A program made the translations under genes and the position numbers. From positions 753,303 through 817,302 of the forward strand of contig MU057640.1 in assembly GCA_013265495.1 (NCBI GenBank): DNA of 64,000 nt. Direction: 5' to 3'. Source of the stretch: Vicugna vicugna. Taxonomy: Eukaryota. Positions 12,645 to 27,152 of this stretch are shown here, one piece after another. Under the pieces are notes generated by a model. The model saw only the letters and a program-made list of their open reading frames with translations. It did no database searches and was not told the origin of the DNA. Position 1 is the stretch's first letter; each line of letters starts with the position of its first letter.

Positions 12645-13275
12645 AAACCTCCTTACTCATGGATTTCGTATTTGTGATTTTGCCTACTTGCTAAAATGTA
12701 TTTATAACCTCCAAGCAATGCCTGTGGTGCCTTCCTGGTCATTTGTACAGAGCAGCAGAAATTTTGAGTTGCCCAGTGTGCATGTTTCCAGTGAGGTCGA
12801 ACCAAGTGAGGCTCCACCTTCCTGTTCATCTCACGCTGTCAACAAGTGGCCTGTTCACGGTTTATTGAGCACCACGTTTTACACATTTTTGTGTATTTGT
12901 TGGTGATTTTGCTGTTTAAAATACCTGCCACCTCAGCCCTCCAACCTAGTGCTGTCAAGTATTCCTAAGTATCAAAAGCCTATGATGTGTATTATGGAGA
13001 AAATAGGTATATTGGAAAATCTCCAAGCAAGTGTGAGCTCTAGAGCTATTGGCTGTGAGTTCAATGTCAGTGATCAACAGTATATATTAGATAAGGTGTC
13101 TCTAGACCAAAACACACTGTGAATAAGGTTATATATCGATCAGCTGATGAAAATGTGACCAGACGCTTGCAGGGACCTAACCCTGTATTTCTCCCAGGAT
13201 AAAGGTAGGCATCTGCTAATTCGGTGTTCTCAGCGACTTTATAGAATATAACTACTGTGAGTAATGACAACTGGT
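12645..13275 (-). mobile_element. MER82-like TcMar-Tigger DNA transposon fossil
   Basis: Matches remembered MER82 motifs in reverse: cctacttgctaaaat, ttggtgattttgctgtttaaaat, cctaaccctgtattt, gactttatagaatataactac. Confidence 0.7.
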
Positions 13276-13628
13276 TGCATTAGAAAGAGAATATTCTAAG
13301 ATTTAGAGTTGAATGCAGTAGACATGGAAATTGCCACATTCAGGACTGTAAACTTTGGGAGCCCAAAGTTCCCCAGGTGGAATTCCCACAACTCCACCAT
13401 TTCCAATTCCATATATTCATGGATAGATACTTTTAAAAAGGTGTAACTGACATACATTCCAGAAAATCTCCTGAGATTCTATGAATGAATGGCAAAACTA
13501 TTGCACAAAGCTTAGTCAGCAATTGTCTTAACAATGAGATGCCTGGTGGCCAAACGCAGTCTTTTCTTTTAAGGGAAGGAAGAGAGAAAATTTCTAAAAA
13601 CTTAGAGAACCAAGCAGAGCTTTCTCAC

Positions 13629-13710
13629 CACTGGCCTGTGCACATCCCAAAAGGCCCGTTCTTGACTATCCAAAATTTTCCTTTCTGTCTTGTCCTTTTT
13701 CCGATCAATC
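13629..13710 (-). CDS. RGS6: RGS6 coding exon (~exon 9, 82 bp): (K)[27 protein letters not shown]
   Basis: Acceptor tttcag|G, donor GTG|gtgaga. Confidence 0.96.
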
Positions 13711-16153
13711 CTGAAAGAGCAAAAAAGCAGGAGATCAGAAGCCTTTGTCTTCTGTTTTCCTTCCTGATCCATGTGCCACTCTGTGCTCTCGTGTTTTGGG
13801 ACCTTAGTGTGCCCACGGCTCTTAAACTCTCTGCAGAGTTGTATAATACGGGTGTATTTCCCTCAAGGAAACCTCAAGAAGCCCACACACAGTAAGAGAG
13901 CTTGCTTTAGGTTAGATTACAAGTTACCAAATACGTGTAATGAACAGGGTGAGCTTTAGGAGGGTTCAAGAATGCAACTGTCTGTCTGAATTATTAAGAG
14001 TTGGATTAAAAGAACTGAATGATCTGTTGACATGCCCCCTCCATCAAAACGGATACTGCATATTCAAATTATAGGAAGGAATGCAACCATAAGATTGCAC
14101 TGTTTCAACCTCAAATTTGAAAGTTTGCTTTAGATTCAGAGTCAGTTGGAATGTCTTCAGAATGCTGCAGTTACGTGTTTTAGAAGTCACTTAAACCATC
14201 TGGCTTTCTAAAAGCAGAGTAATAGCCCTAGCTTGTGAGAAGATCCAGAAGGCAGAGATCACTGGCCTCAGCTCGGGGGATGGGGGGCTGGAGGGTGGGA
14301 GGACGCAGGTGCAAGACAAGGGCAGATTCCTTAGGTTCTGATCAGGAGCACAGATAAGAGCCTTCTGCCACCAAAAGCCCGTATTACTTCATACTCTCTA
14401 AGTAAAAAGTAACTCAGGTGAACTACCATGTAACCTCTGGTTCTTGGCTTTCGTGGGAGTACTTTATTTTACTGGACTGAAATAAACCCACAATAACCCT
14501 GTGATTTTTGTGATAATTACTGTGTACTTAAATGGCCCACATTATAATGTAATCACAGAGTTAATCAAAAAAGTGAATCGAGGTATACCATATATGTACA
14601 AAGTGACACCTTCCCCTCTGTTGATAACACGCGAGGCTGTGTGATCCTGAAAGTGTAATCAGTCCTCCTCTTGGCTTTCTGGTGGCTTCTGAGTGCACAG
14701 GCTCAGTTCTGCCTCCTTCTCACCCATGCACCCACCCTCCTGCTTTCTCCTTCCCCCGGGGCCAGGGCTCTTTCAGCCGCAGCTCAGCATCCAGTGCCTG
14801 GTGTCCACCTCCCCTGGGAGCCGCTGGGAGCATGGGGTAGGGGTGGGTGGGCAGGTGTGGGGATTCGTGGGTGTAGGGCAGAGACTGCAGAGGGAGGGGG
14901 AGCCTGATGGCACTGTGCAGCCCACTGGACCCAGTGACTGCAAGTCGTTCCCAGCTGTGACCGTACCTGTGACTAATGTCACCCACACAGCCTGAGACTC
15001 AGCTCTGGGCGATGGGCTGCAATGGTGCCCAGGAGTGCACAGGGATCCTCTGAAGACCCAGGGGGGCTGCTCAGGTACAAGTGGTGCTCAGAGAAAAAGT
15101 TCTCGCCTCATCCCAGCTCAGCAGCCTTTCCCCACCCCCTCCTCTGCCCCTGTGACGCTTGCAGCTAAATCAGAGGCCATTGCTGGAAAGGACAAGAGGG
15201 AACCCCACCTGAGCAAGTCCATCTCCTGGAATCAAAAGGATCTGGTTGACAACCATGTTTGTGAACTGAGGGACATTCGCTGCCCACTCCTCATGTTTCC
15301 TTAGAAAGGAAAGAATTTCTACTGTACTCCCTGGGAGGGAAAAATAGGGGAAAAACACCAACTTTTCTCCTCCTTCATCTCTTGTTCTCCAGGGGAGGAA
15401 GACTGACTTATTGGCATCTTTGAAAGAAGAAAATGAGAAAGTTCAAGTCGGTCCTTCTGGGCCCTGCCTGGGCCAGCTTGTTCTCCGGATTCCTGTTCTC
15501 TGTGTGCAGTAAACTTACAGGGGTCAACTCTGCCCTGGGGTGGGAGGAGGTCCTGCAGATACTCAGCTCTGCCCAGGGTGGGCGAGCTTGATTCCAGTGT
15601 ACAGGTCTGTGGTCACAGATTAAAAATCATGTCTTGTAACTAGTTTTAGCAGTGATAACTTGACATTTTGGACTGCAAATGTCCGACCTCTGTGCCTTAC
15701 CTTGGATTGGTTCTGAACTCCCTGCTGGGGAGGTATGGGGGAGGGGCTACTTGTTGGCCTCCCTAAAACTCCACTGTGTTTTCCTATGAAGACGAAATTT
15801 CCAGACCAGCAGGTAAAGTGGGTCTGATGTTTTTCAGCCTCTGAGCACAGGAGGAGATTTGGAAATCTCCTTGGGAATTAGGTATACCTTCTTGGAACCA
15901 GAGTTCTACGTTTGGGAGGAACCCCATTGCCTGCTGGAACACACACTTTTGAAATTTTAGAGTGCCACAGGTGACAGAGATGCAACTTGCCCATCCTAAC
16001 CTTGACTTCTGCTCAGTTACTATCATGAGAGAGACAGTGACTAACCACAGTCGGCCGGCCCTAGAAGAAAACCCCACTGTCACCCCACCTCCAAATTCGA
16101 GAGAGTCAGAGAGTCTTTTTCTCTTTGCAAGGGTCTCTATTAAGTTCACCTAC

Positions 16154-16230
16154 TTTACTTGTGCTTCTGCTTGCATGAAGATGAATTCCCACTTCCTTGC
16201 AAAGGCCCTCTGGAGTCTTGCTAAGTTTTC
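16154..16230 (-). CDS. RGS6: RGS6 coding exon (~exon 8, 77 bp): ENLARLQRAFARKWEFIFMQAEAQV(K)
   Basis: Acceptor cattag|GAA, donor AA|gtaggt. Confidence 0.96.
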
Positions 16231-18689
16231 CTAATGAGAAATAAAAATCAACAAGAAGGCATTAATCATCGTAAGTTTGCACATCGACACTTGTGCTTAT
16301 TACAAGGTAGCCATCTATTTTGGTTACTCCCAACCCAACAGCAGGTTCCCCCTTTAAATGCATTGGACATGAACCCCATTTGACTTTGCACCAGACCCTG
16401 CTGTACAAAGCAGAACTATTAATATTCATTTACACACCCATTAAATCTGAAGTCTCTGGGGTTCCTCTGGTTCCTCTCCTCTTGTGTGTTTTACAAGAAC
16501 ACAACTCACACAGCACTTGTCATAAAGGCCACTGAAGACAGGAAGGATGGTTTGCGGTTGCTCAGGCAGGATTTGGGGAAGGGACAAGGGGTCTTTGCCA
16601 CTGACTGGACATCTCTGGGAGCAAAACCAACAACGGATTTCTCAAGACTCATCTTCCAGTGAGCCGGGGACTGGGAAGGTGACAGGAAAGGAGAACTCAG
16701 AGGACCTGGCAATAACTTTGAAAGCCTGGATTCAAAAGGGGAAAAGAAGGGAGTGCTGAGGTTTGTGATGTTCATGAAAGGAAAACCCCGAACAAAAAGA
16801 AAGAAAAGGCATCCAGGGTTGTCTTTAGAGGAAGAGGGGAGAAGCCTTTTCTCAAAGCCTGGAGAGTTACCTAGTGGCACAGTAGGGACGATGAGGAGGG
16901 GCGTCTGACACATCCCCTAATGATCTGCCTAATTCTGATGGAATGCAAAGCGAGAGCCCACATCATGCTGTGTATTTTCACAGCCCTCATGCCAACATTA
17001 ACTGATTACCCTCATTAGTGGATTATTAATATAAAAGGAGCTTTGGTTGAAGACCAGCACGTGTAAACTTGGTTATTACCAAGGCTTGGTGTACAAGTAC
17101 CTCAGAAAACTGTCCCTTTGATTCTTCTACTGTTCACAGGAAGCAAAGATGGTAAAGCCTGAATGTCAGGCAACTGGGGAGCAGTTATATAAATTATGAC
17201 ACAGGCATACCATGGAATACTAGGCAGCCATTAAAAATGATAATGCAGATAATTATTACTGATACAGAAAGAGTATGACTGGGGAAAGAAGCAGCTTGCA
17301 CAGTAATGTTTATGGTGTGATTCAAGTTTTTTTGGTTAGGAAAGAAATGTATGTACAGAAAAAAGCGTAAGGGAGAAGGACTGAAGGTTATTTTCTCTTC
17401 TTTCTTTGCTGTTTGAATTTTTGTTTTTACAAAGGGACTATGTGATCAGAAAAAAATAATAAAATGATGGAATTTTGAAAATAAAGTGCTTTTTTTAAAA
17501 AAGTTTTAACCACTTTTAGGCAGAACTTCAACCCAAAAGAACGTCTTAATGCCATACTCCGTACAAATACTAAAGTAGAATGTTGTATGGCAAGAGAAGA
17601 GACAATGGAATAAAATTCATCAGGATTTGGAGCTGTCTTGTTTCCATCTAGGAGCTTTTCTAAAACAGGGGGGACACGGGGAAGGGAGACACAGGACGGA
17701 GTGGCATGTGCTGCTGCGGTCTGGCTTATTCCTGTAGGTTGTGTTCGGGAAGGGATGTAGTCATGCTGTAAAGCACTTTGCACTGGGTGCACGGAGAGTC
17801 AGACAGCAGTCTTCTGGAAGAGCGGTGACTGCTGGCGCACGAGGGTGGATGGTGCAGGGGCTGGGTGCCTGGGATGCTCAGAGCATAGAACTGCCATGCT
17901 CAGGTTGTTTGGGAAGATCATAACATTCAAAAATATTTGTTTCATGGCTCCCACAAACAAGTAAACTCTAGCCAGTTCCCGAGGCTCTGGGTAAACTCTG
18001 CATCCTTCACTACTGCTTCCGCCCATTCACAGGTCCTGTGATGCCCATAGAATCAACGTGGGTGGAGGGCCATCCACTGGCCCTGCTCTCAGATGGCATG
18101 CACGTTCCCCTTGGGCTGAAGAGAGGGGAGCAGTGGCTCAGTGGGTTGGTGGGCTTGGGCACAGGTACCCAAGAGGGACAAGGTCTGGTGGAGCAGGGCC
18201 TCATGCTTGTTTTGGCAGAGTGGGAGGTGGGTGGATCTGAGGTGCTGTCAATGCTGGATCATCGAGGAGGATTCCTCACTGCCCCTAATGCTGCCCCTCC
18301 TCCAAGCTGCCCACCCTTCAGTCATTCCATGCTCAGCAGCACCTCCTCTGGAGGGAATGTGAAAAGCTGGTCAAAATCCCAGATTCTCTGTGACCCATAC
18401 GAAGTTTGGTTTTGGAAACCAAAGATTCTGCAACTCAGAATTTTAAGACATTTTCTGTGAATCTTCAAGTTCTCTGTGCTTTGGTTGTTAAATGGGAATG
18501 GATCTGAGGGTGGTGGGACCTCCGGTTTCTATAAGAAATCACACCTTATGAAAGAAGGTGGAGGGGGAGGAAAGCTGGGAAAGTGTATCTTCATCTGACA
18601 GGCATCTGACCTTCTGGATTGGATTTGGTCCTTAGATGCTGCATCTACTGCCAAGCACAGGTGGATTAGGTATGAAGATGCAATTAAAA

Positions 18690-19545
18690 ATTATCATATA
18701 CTAAATTAAAAAATTATCATATAGTAAATTTGCTTTTTCTGGTGTATACATGTATATTTTCATGTAAGCATCACAGCAACTGGGATCCAGAATGGTTCCA
18801 TCACCCCCAAAAACTCCCTGTGTTCTCTTTATAGCTGCTTCCTGGCAGCCACTGATCTACTTTCCCTCATGATGTCTTTGTAGTTAGAAGAGCATCACAT
18901 AAGTGGAATCACACAGTTGCAATCTTTTGAGACCAGCTTCCTTCACTCAACATAATGTCTTTGATACTCCTCTGATCAACAGCTTGTTCCTTTTCATTGC
19001 AGACTAGTATTCCATTATATGGCTATAGCATAGTTTATTCAACCATTCACCTGTTAAAGTGCATTTGGGTTATTTCCAGCTTTGGATTACCACACGTAAA
19101 GCTGCTACAGACATTAGTGTACAGGTTTTTGTGTAATTGTATGCTCTAGTTTCTCTAGGGTATGTATCTAGGAGTGGAATGACTTGGTTATATGATAAGT
19201 GTATGTTTAACTTTATGAGAAACTGCCAAACCATTTTCCAGAGTGGCTGCACCATTTTGCATTCTCACCAGCAATACAGGAGAGTTCTAGTTGCTCACCA
19301 CATCCACACCAGCACTTGGCATCATCAGTACTTCTCATTTTAGCCATTCTATTAGGTGTGTAATGGTATCCCATCATGGATTTAATCTTGTATTTCTCTA
19401 ATGGCTAATGGTATTGAACATCTTTTCATATGTTTCTTTGTCATCCTCACGTCCTCTTTGGTGAAGTGCTTGTTCTAGTCCTTTGCCAGTTTTTAAGCTG
19501 AATTGTTTTCTTATGGCTGAGTATTAAGAGTCCTTTATATAAAGA
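18690..19545 (-). mobile_element. Old L1 (L1M-type) 3' region
   Basis: ORF 19070-19255 (VQPLWKMVWQFLIKLNIHLSYNQVIPLL) is a degenerate L1 ORF2 C-terminus. Confidence 0.8.
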
Positions 19546-19729
19546 TGTGATTTTACTGTTATGGTAAGAGGAGCTGAGAACAAAAGAAGGGAAAATAGAA
19601 GAGACTTCCTTTCTACTGCCTGAAGGGGTTGGGGAGGGGAAAAGGGGAAAAAAAAAACCAAGTTGAAACAGAGCTGCAGACAGTCTTATACTCTCCTCCC
19701 ACACCTTTCTGGAAAATAATCATACTTAC

Positions 19730-19794
19730 TGCTTCATAATCTGCCAGTTCCAGCCTTGCTTTATTCTGCATTGTCCTCTTACAGAGGTAGATGG
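19730..19794 (-). CDS. RGS6: RGS6 coding exon (~exon 7, 65 bp), DHEX region: (A)IYLCKRTMQNKARLELADYEA
   Basis: Acceptor cttcag|CC, donor GCA|gtaagt. Confidence 0.96.
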
Positions 19795-20949
19795 CTGAAG
19801 GAAGAAGAGAAATTACAACATATGGAAAACCAGCAGTGTGCTGGAATCATAAATTCACCCATCCATTTGTTCACCCACTCATCCATCCAGCCATCCAGCT
19901 GGACGGCCAGCTCTCACTGTGTGCCCAGCACTGTGCTGTGAAGAATGTTTCTACGTGGAAGCCACACCTGACCTCTAGGAATCTTTCTGCAAGTCAGGGT
20001 CAGATGAGGACTCCATCTTCCAATCCTGACAACCCCCTTCATCCTCCTCACTCTGCTTCACTCTAAACGTTCTCCATCAGGGTGATCCTTCACAAATATG
20101 ACCGTGTTACCTTCCTGCCTAAATTCCCTGCACTGACTCCTTGGTGACCTTAGAAGAAAGGTTGGGTTTCTTAGGGCAGCATGTTTGTTACTTTAAGAGC
20201 CGGTCTCTGCTCATCTTGTCAACCTCTTCCCTCTAGCACTCAAGCAGGCGAGACTACCAAATCCCTTTCAGCCCCACCCCTCTGTGTCTGTGCCCACTGT
20301 TTGGGAGGCCTACCCCTCTTCTGTCTTCTTTCCCTCTGTCTACTGGAAACCTCCTACTAATCTTTGAAGACCTAGCTTGATGTTCCCGGTAGCATCTATT
20401 CATCCTCCACCATGGGACCTAATTCCATTGCACTGTAATTGTGGTTTTACCAGCTGTCCCTGCTCTGCCCTGAAGGCTCCTGTAGGGTGGAGATTGTGTT
20501 CTGCTCAGCATGAACCCCTGCACCCTGCACCAGGGGTCGGGCGAGTGGACAGTGAAAAGGGAGGACAGTTTAGGTGGAGGTTCTTGGCCCTCAGTTGCTG
20601 GAACATTCTTCCTGAGACATGCCCTTCATCACTTCCTCTCCCTGCCTCTGCTTCTCCAGTGCCCAGTAGAACGACCCAGGGAAGACAGCAGGTGAATGGT
20701 ATGCACGAACGACCAGGAGAGAAGGTCAGAGAGGACCGGGGGCCGATCTGCTGTTTGACAACTTAATTATACCAGGAATTCTGGTCAGCTCGTTGCTGGA
20801 TTAACCAACCTTCTCCACGTGGTCTGAGAAATTTCCTGATGCAGCCTACGATACGCTGGAAACTTCAGGTAGCATGCCCTCACTTCTGCTCACACCAGTT
20901 GAATTTGTGAATGAGATTCAGTTGTGTTTGTTCTCAAATCTGCTCATGT

Positions 20950-21470
20950 TAGGCACACCTGATATTTTAATAATGTATGTTCACTAAATATTACATGCAC
21001 TGATGAAATTAATGTGAAAAGAGAGAGTGTTGATGTTTCCCTAAAGACCTGGTTGAATGGTCTGGGATAACTTTGATAAAGGAGAGTCAGCTAAGACAAT
21101 TGCTGATGAATTTGGTACCAGAGAGAGAACTGAAAAAATGGGAAGAAATAATAAAAATCTGAGAGGGGTCAAAATACAGTTGCATCAAAAGTATTTTTAA
21201 AAATTTTGATGAATGTTCAAGATGTCATAACTGGTTGGTTTATTTTGAATGTGGATTATTTACAAAAGAAACTCAAAGTATGGGGACCTATAATCAGAGA
21301 GAATCTTTCATCCTACCTCAAAGGCTGTTGAATAAATGTTTATTGGTCTATTCTACATTAATTTGAAGTGGCTAAGGTATAGCTGTATCACTTTTTCATG
21401 ATTCTTTACTTATCAACTTTTCCAGTGAATCATACAGCTCCAGCTCTCCACTGTGTCAGACACAGGGCTG
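20950..21470 (+). mobile_element. Tigger-like transposase fossil
   Basis: Degenerate reading at about 21072-21161 (FDKGESAKTIADEFG...NKNL) resembles the Tigger/CENP-B N-terminal HTH; AT-rich with stops and frameshifts. Boundaries approximate. Confidence 0.45.
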
Positions 21471-24400
21471 TCTGCTCTATTACAAGGTGCCTCCTTTGGT
21501 CTCTTGGGCCACCAATTAGGCAGCCTGTGGAACTGCGGGCCACCTGCAGCAGGAAGCCTGGCATGTCCCCAGCTCCAGCAGACCTGGTCTCGATGACCCA
21601 GGAGCAGTGTAGGTCAGTGGGGGTGGCAGCTGCCTCGACAAGGCTGCCTCAGACAGCATTTTGTATTGGCCAAATGTGAAACTCAGGAAAGTCTAACCCA
21701 GATCTGGTCTTTATTTAAGCAGAATCATCCTGAGAAATTTCCAGCCCATTTGGGTCAAAATGGGCCAGCTGGGTGGAGAAGTGAAGCACCATGCGTGGAA
21801 GGCAAAGCCGGTACCTTTCCTGATGACCACGGGTTACATGGTCACGGGCTGGCAGCCCCTTTCCCTTGCGGCTAATTTCACACAATGGCCAGTCTGTTCA
21901 CCACAACAGGGGAGGCAGCGAGGCTGCTGAGTGGACCTTGTTCTCGGCATAGACCTTCCCTGGGGCTCGGTGCCTCGGCAGCGCTCACCCTGACACCTAG
22001 CCAATCACGTGACCACTGGCAATGACAGCCAGTCCTCTTACAGGGCATCTGGGGGACTGCTTTAAGCTCAGATGTTGGTTTTCTTGGACATGTAATTTCT
22101 CATTGAAAAAAATCTTTGTCTTCTGGCCCTTATACTGGTGTCTCTCTTGGATGACCCATCACCATCTCAGGCTCGCTGCATCCCACCGTGACAAAAACAG
22201 AACACAATTAACAGGTTTATAAAGCCAGTAGATTCAAGTACTCCACATGCAAGCCAACCTTTAAAAAGATATTGAATTTGTCCTATTTCATTTGTCCTTC
22301 AAAGATGACTCCCTTTCCAAACTTTCTGTCTTTACTAGTGATGTCATGTTTTACCTCCTCAGTCTCCTAAAATAGGGAACAGAGAAACCACTTATTTCTC
22401 TGCTTTCCTCATACCTTCTAATTACTTTTTAGAACAATGGGATTTTAGCACTGGAGGTAACCTCGGTCACCACCAAGGACAGACCCCTCACTGCCAGATG
22501 GAAAAATTAAAGGCTCAGAGAGGTGCGGTGATTTACCCACGGGCTAGTTAGTGGTGGCGGGGTTTCTGCTTTTTCATCGATCCAAGCCATACCCATCCTG
22601 ACTTCGTAGCTTCAGTGTCACATCCTTTCCGGCAAGAGGGTGACTACAGAACTAATAAGATCGAACATCAAGTAGTAATACCAACCCCCAATCATGGTTT
22701 TCATTGACTCCTTACTCCTTGGCCGAAGCTTACAGGCATTTCTAATTAACAAAACAATGTAATCCTAACAAAGCAACACTGGGAGACAAGCACCATTATT
22801 CTCCTGGTTTAAATATGAGGTTTCGGAGGCACAGAGAGGTTAAGCAACTTGCTAGGATCACACAGCTAGTGGAGCCAGTTGACAATGAGCCTATTGTGCT
22901 GAGTTCCCTCTTGGTAAGTACATATCAACGATTTTCTGACTCAGCTGGAAACCCCAGTGAGGACTCGTGCATCCCGCGCTCTGAATTCTCCATCTGATTT
23001 GCCAGAATGGAGGCACAGGAATTCAAGCTTTATTGAGAGAGCCTGATATACGTTGTTGTTTCCATCCCTGTTCATGCTGCACGGGAGATGGTGCCTTGCT
23101 GCACGCAGGGTAAGACGGCCGAAGCTTTGTGGGCTGACAGTCAAGTGAACATTTGAATCCTACTTGGGCCAGTGACCTGGTCCCACCATCCTCCCGCTCT
23201 GCTCTCTCCATTGCCTGGAAGAACACTGGTTTTCACATTCACAAGGGCACATGGCTGCTGCACAGAACGGAGCTTCAATTATTCAAATTCCGAGCTGGGC
23301 TTTTGTGAGCAGTGTTTCAGCCCCAGAAGCACTTATTTTATGAGCAGCCAAATGCTGCTCCCGTTTGGAGCCGGAAGCCTTGCTGAATCCACTTATCACA
23401 TCATTTAGGGCGCAGCACAGTTCCAGAGGGACCCACGGTGGTGCCTGCAGACAGATGGCCCCGTGATCTGCATAAGGGCCGTCCTTCAGACTTGAACAGA
23501 ACACCTGTAGCCTTATGAGGCGATGACTTGCCCGTATGCCGTCCTCAGAATTGCTCCCAATTGCTGGCTTCCCCTCCCTCAGAAGTGTAATCCAGAGCAT
23601 ACAGCTTATCACAAGGTCTCAGGGACAGGCTCCTCTAAATACCACCTGGCTGCAGCTGCCTCTGCCTTCCTGTGCATCCTGCAAAGAACCCACGGAGAAG
23701 CTGCGGGTCTCATCGTGAGCCCCAGTCCTGAGGAGAGCTGCTGTGGGCTGCCCCTGCAGCTGAGTCAGTGACGAGGGTGCTATGTGAAGGGGCAGACCAT
23801 GAAAGGAGCATCTGAGTTCAAATTCTGCTGCCTCTACTGAGTGTCTGTTAATCACCTGTAATAAGGAACCAGAACCATCAGCAAATGTCTGCTGAGCTTC
23901 CACTGTGCCTCAGGCATGCACTATGCACTGGAAGATGAGAGAATGAATAAGGTGGACCGGTCCTGCCCTCTTGGAGCTTACAATTGACCAGGCATCCAGA
24001 CAAGTAGAATACGGTGTGATAAGGGTGAGGATGTGGCCTCTTGGGCCTCAGCTTTTTCTGAAGTAGAGGGATGACATGACTTCTTTAGAAGATTGACACC
24101 ATTGATACATTGAACAGTCTTCACGGAGAGTGTATGGCAAGAGTCTAATAGATCCCTGCCTGGGCAGAGGTAATTCCCTGCTTACTCAGATCCCAGCTTC
24201 TCCAACTCTTTGTTTTCCTAGGTAGGGTAACTTTTATACACCCCTCCCTGTACCATTTCCCCTTAATTTCCAAGTATCAAAAACAATAATGAATTATTAA
24301 TAAGTTTTAACAAGTCTGTGAGAATAGAAAGGGACACGGGAGGTGGCCCCTTGATCCAGCCCTCCCTGAAACCCTGTCCCAGGGAGGAGTGGTCAACAGC

Positions 24401-24683
24401 CACTGTCCCAGTTCTCCATGGCCCTGCAGAATGAGCACAGTGGCCACTCTTGATAGAACTTTCCTTTCCTTCCCCAATTCCCTTCCAACAGCTACATCTT
24501 TCACTGAGCTCTGCCTTTCCTCATTATTTGGAACAGAAATTTTATTAACTGTCAACAATATGAGAAAGGGCTAAGGAGGGCAAAGACACTCCTCCACACG
24601 CACCACAGTCACCTAGACAGCAAGCATTTATCTGCTACCTTCCCAGGAGTAACGCTAGGTGTGAGCGTGACTTTGCTGCTCAC

Positions 24684-24735
24684 CGTAGTCGGTGTTCTCA
24701 GGCTCCCAGCAGTTCGAAGGCCAGAAGTACGGGGC
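24684..24735 (-). CDS. RGS6: RGS6 coding exon (~exon 6, 52 bp): [17 protein letters not shown](A)
   Basis: Acceptor ttgcag|GCC, donor TACG|gtgagc; frame continues from the previous exon. Confidence 0.96.
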
Positions 24736-25070
24736 CTGCAAAAGAGCACAGGTGTCAAGAGCACTTGCCTTCCCCTGCCTGGGGACCAGGGCCTGCACCC
24801 AAGGGGACCCTTCCCTACGACAGGCTCCGTCCCCATCTCCCTCATGCTGACACCACGCCCGAGCCCTCTCCTGCTCTTAATGCAGCTGAGGCCAGTCAAC
24901 GTTTCCATCTAGGTGTTGAGAAATGAAATCTGAGGTAAGCCACATAAATGCAAAACCGAGAAACTTAGTCTACAAGGCAAAACCCTTTTATCCTGAGACA
25001 ACAGAAGTCTAACACAGAAGTCAGACAGGCAGTTTACTGGGGCACAAGCCCAAAGTTCCTTTATCCCTTT

Positions 25071-25449
25071 CCCATGAGCTGAATGGTGCTCCCCCAAATT
25101 CATATACTGAAGCTCTAACCCGCAGCGTGACTTATGAGAGGTAATGGAGTAATTAAGGTTAAATGAGATCACAGGGGTGGGGCCCTGATCAGATAGGGTT
25201 AGTGTCCCTTTAAGAGGAAACACCAGGGAGCTGCAGACCCCTCTGTCTCTCTCTCTCTATTTCCACCGTGTGAAGACACAGTGAGAATCAGCCATCTGAC
25301 AGCCAGGACGAGAGCTCTCCCCACAAACTGAACCCTGCTTGAATCTTAATCTTAGTCTTTCAACCTCCAGAACTGTGAGAAATAAACTGCTGTGACTGGA
25401 GCCACCCAGTCTGTGATACTTGGTTACGGCAGCCGGGCAGACTTAGACA
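25071..25449 (+). mobile_element. MaLR solo LTR (MLT1A-like)
   Basis: Same motifs as the copy at 1025-1415 (taattaaggttaaatgag, ccagaactgtgagaaataaa). Confidence 0.75.
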
Positions 25450-26012
25450 TCCTTTCTCCCTGTCTGAAGAACTCCACTCCCAGACTCTTTGGTTTAGACC
25501 TGAACACAGCCCCTTATCTTCTGCTCCAATTCCCTGGAGGACAGGATCTGAGAAAAAGAGTGGAAACTGGTTGGGAAGTGATAGCAGGGAGTGAATAGAA
25601 ACTTCACTGAGGAAGGCAGGGTGATACAGTAGAAAAATCGAAGACTTGGCTATCAGGCCGACCCAGGTTCAAATCAAGGATGTTGCCTAGATTTACTAAA
25701 TGCCCCGTGAATTCTCAGCACCTCAGTTTTCCCAACTGTAAAATGTGTGATATTTATTCCCCCAAAGCTTGCAGAATAAAAGAAGAGATACATGTAAAGC
25801 ACCCAACGAATAGTACGTTCTCCATGAGGGCTTTTTACTATTAAGTGGGTGGGGCAACAAATGGCTCAGACAAAAGTTTGTTTGGTTTTCAAAGTGCTGG
25901 CAGGAGGCAAGGGTTGCTCCCTGAAATACCACCCATTTTGGGGGTGGTTCCAATCTGAGATCAGACGACAATGAGAAGAAAAGGTTCTTAGGAAGACAAG
26001 CTGCAGGCCCAC

Positions 26013-26119
26013 CTGGAAACGATAAAAGGTCCCATCATCCTTCATGGTGAGAACGTGGTCCGAGATCGGAAAAACGTAGCCCTGGGCAGCTATGAGGCTT
26101 CCCAAGTGTATTGCTTCAA
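26013..26119 (-). CDS. RGS6: RGS6 coding exon (~exon 5, 107 bp), DEP domain: (V)[35 protein letters not shown]
   Basis: Overlaps ORF 25866..26105. GSLIAAQGY and VLTMKDD distinguish RGS6 from RGS7 (GTLMAAHGY, VLTLKDD). Acceptor ccgcag|TT, donor CAG|gtgggc. Confidence 0.97.
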
Positions 26120-27054
26120 CTGCGGAGACAGGGCAAGAGAAGCAGTTAGGAAGCTGTCAGAATGCAGGGCTACTTAGCTGAAAAGTAAGCAGAAAGGCAA
26201 CTGGAAGTCAGCAGGCACCACCCTCAGATAACTGTGTGACTGGCTGATAACTTTCTGATATGACTGCACTGGAAGGGAGCGGTGGAGGGGGGAGGCGGCA
26301 GACATCAATGGTTGGGAAGGGCCACACGTGTCTGGGACTTCTCTGGATCCCAGCTCTGAGAGTCTGACATTGTTAAATCCCCCCAGGGCTTCCAGAAGAA
26401 AGTCCAGCTTCAGGGTTAGGATCGTGCGCTTTGGTGTGGATGAACTTGTACTTAATTGAGATGCTTCACGTAATGTGCTTCGTAGTGTCTGGTGCAGAGT
26501 AAGTGTTCAGTAAGTGCTGGCAGCCCTAATTTGTATTTTTAGTTTCATCCTTTTTTATCACCCCCAGCAATGAGCATGCAGCCCATGGAGTCTTTGGACT
26601 CACAATGCATTTCCAAACATGACAGTCCCACCAGCAGTGAGGAGGGTGTTACCATTCTCTTACGGACATAGAGGGAAACCTCACTTTCTAAGAGTGCTGG
26701 AGGAAGGGCAGCGCAGCGAACGGTGGCATAGGGTGGCCAGCCTGATAGAAATATTTATATTTTTGCCATAATCAACCTGTTGGCTTATTAGTTTAGCACC
26801 AGCCATAAGTAGATTCATATAAACAGGTAAGAATTTATATTTATTTTGAGCAGAGTTAAGAAAAAAAGAAATCTGAATGGTTCTACCATGCATGATAATC
26901 TTTCACAAATACAAAAGCAGTCTTACTGATAAAAACTACTTTTGGGGTGTCGAAGTTGTTGATGGGCTCAAGGAGTCACTAGGAATTATTAATTTCATAA
27001 GCTCTGAATTTTTTAAAAGTGACTCGTTTTGGCTTTACTCGTAAACTTCTCAAC

Positions 27055-27152
27055 AGTCTTAGCAAATAATTAAACCTCTTAATTGTGGAATCAGGCAATC
27101 TCCTTTTAAGAGCTGGCTCTAGAAGGCTGTTCGCTGACACTGCTGCAACTTC
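27055..27152 (+). repeat. Dispersed 98 bp direct repeat, copy 1
   Basis: 92/98 identical to 28742-28839, ungapped, by manual alignment. Confidence 0.92.
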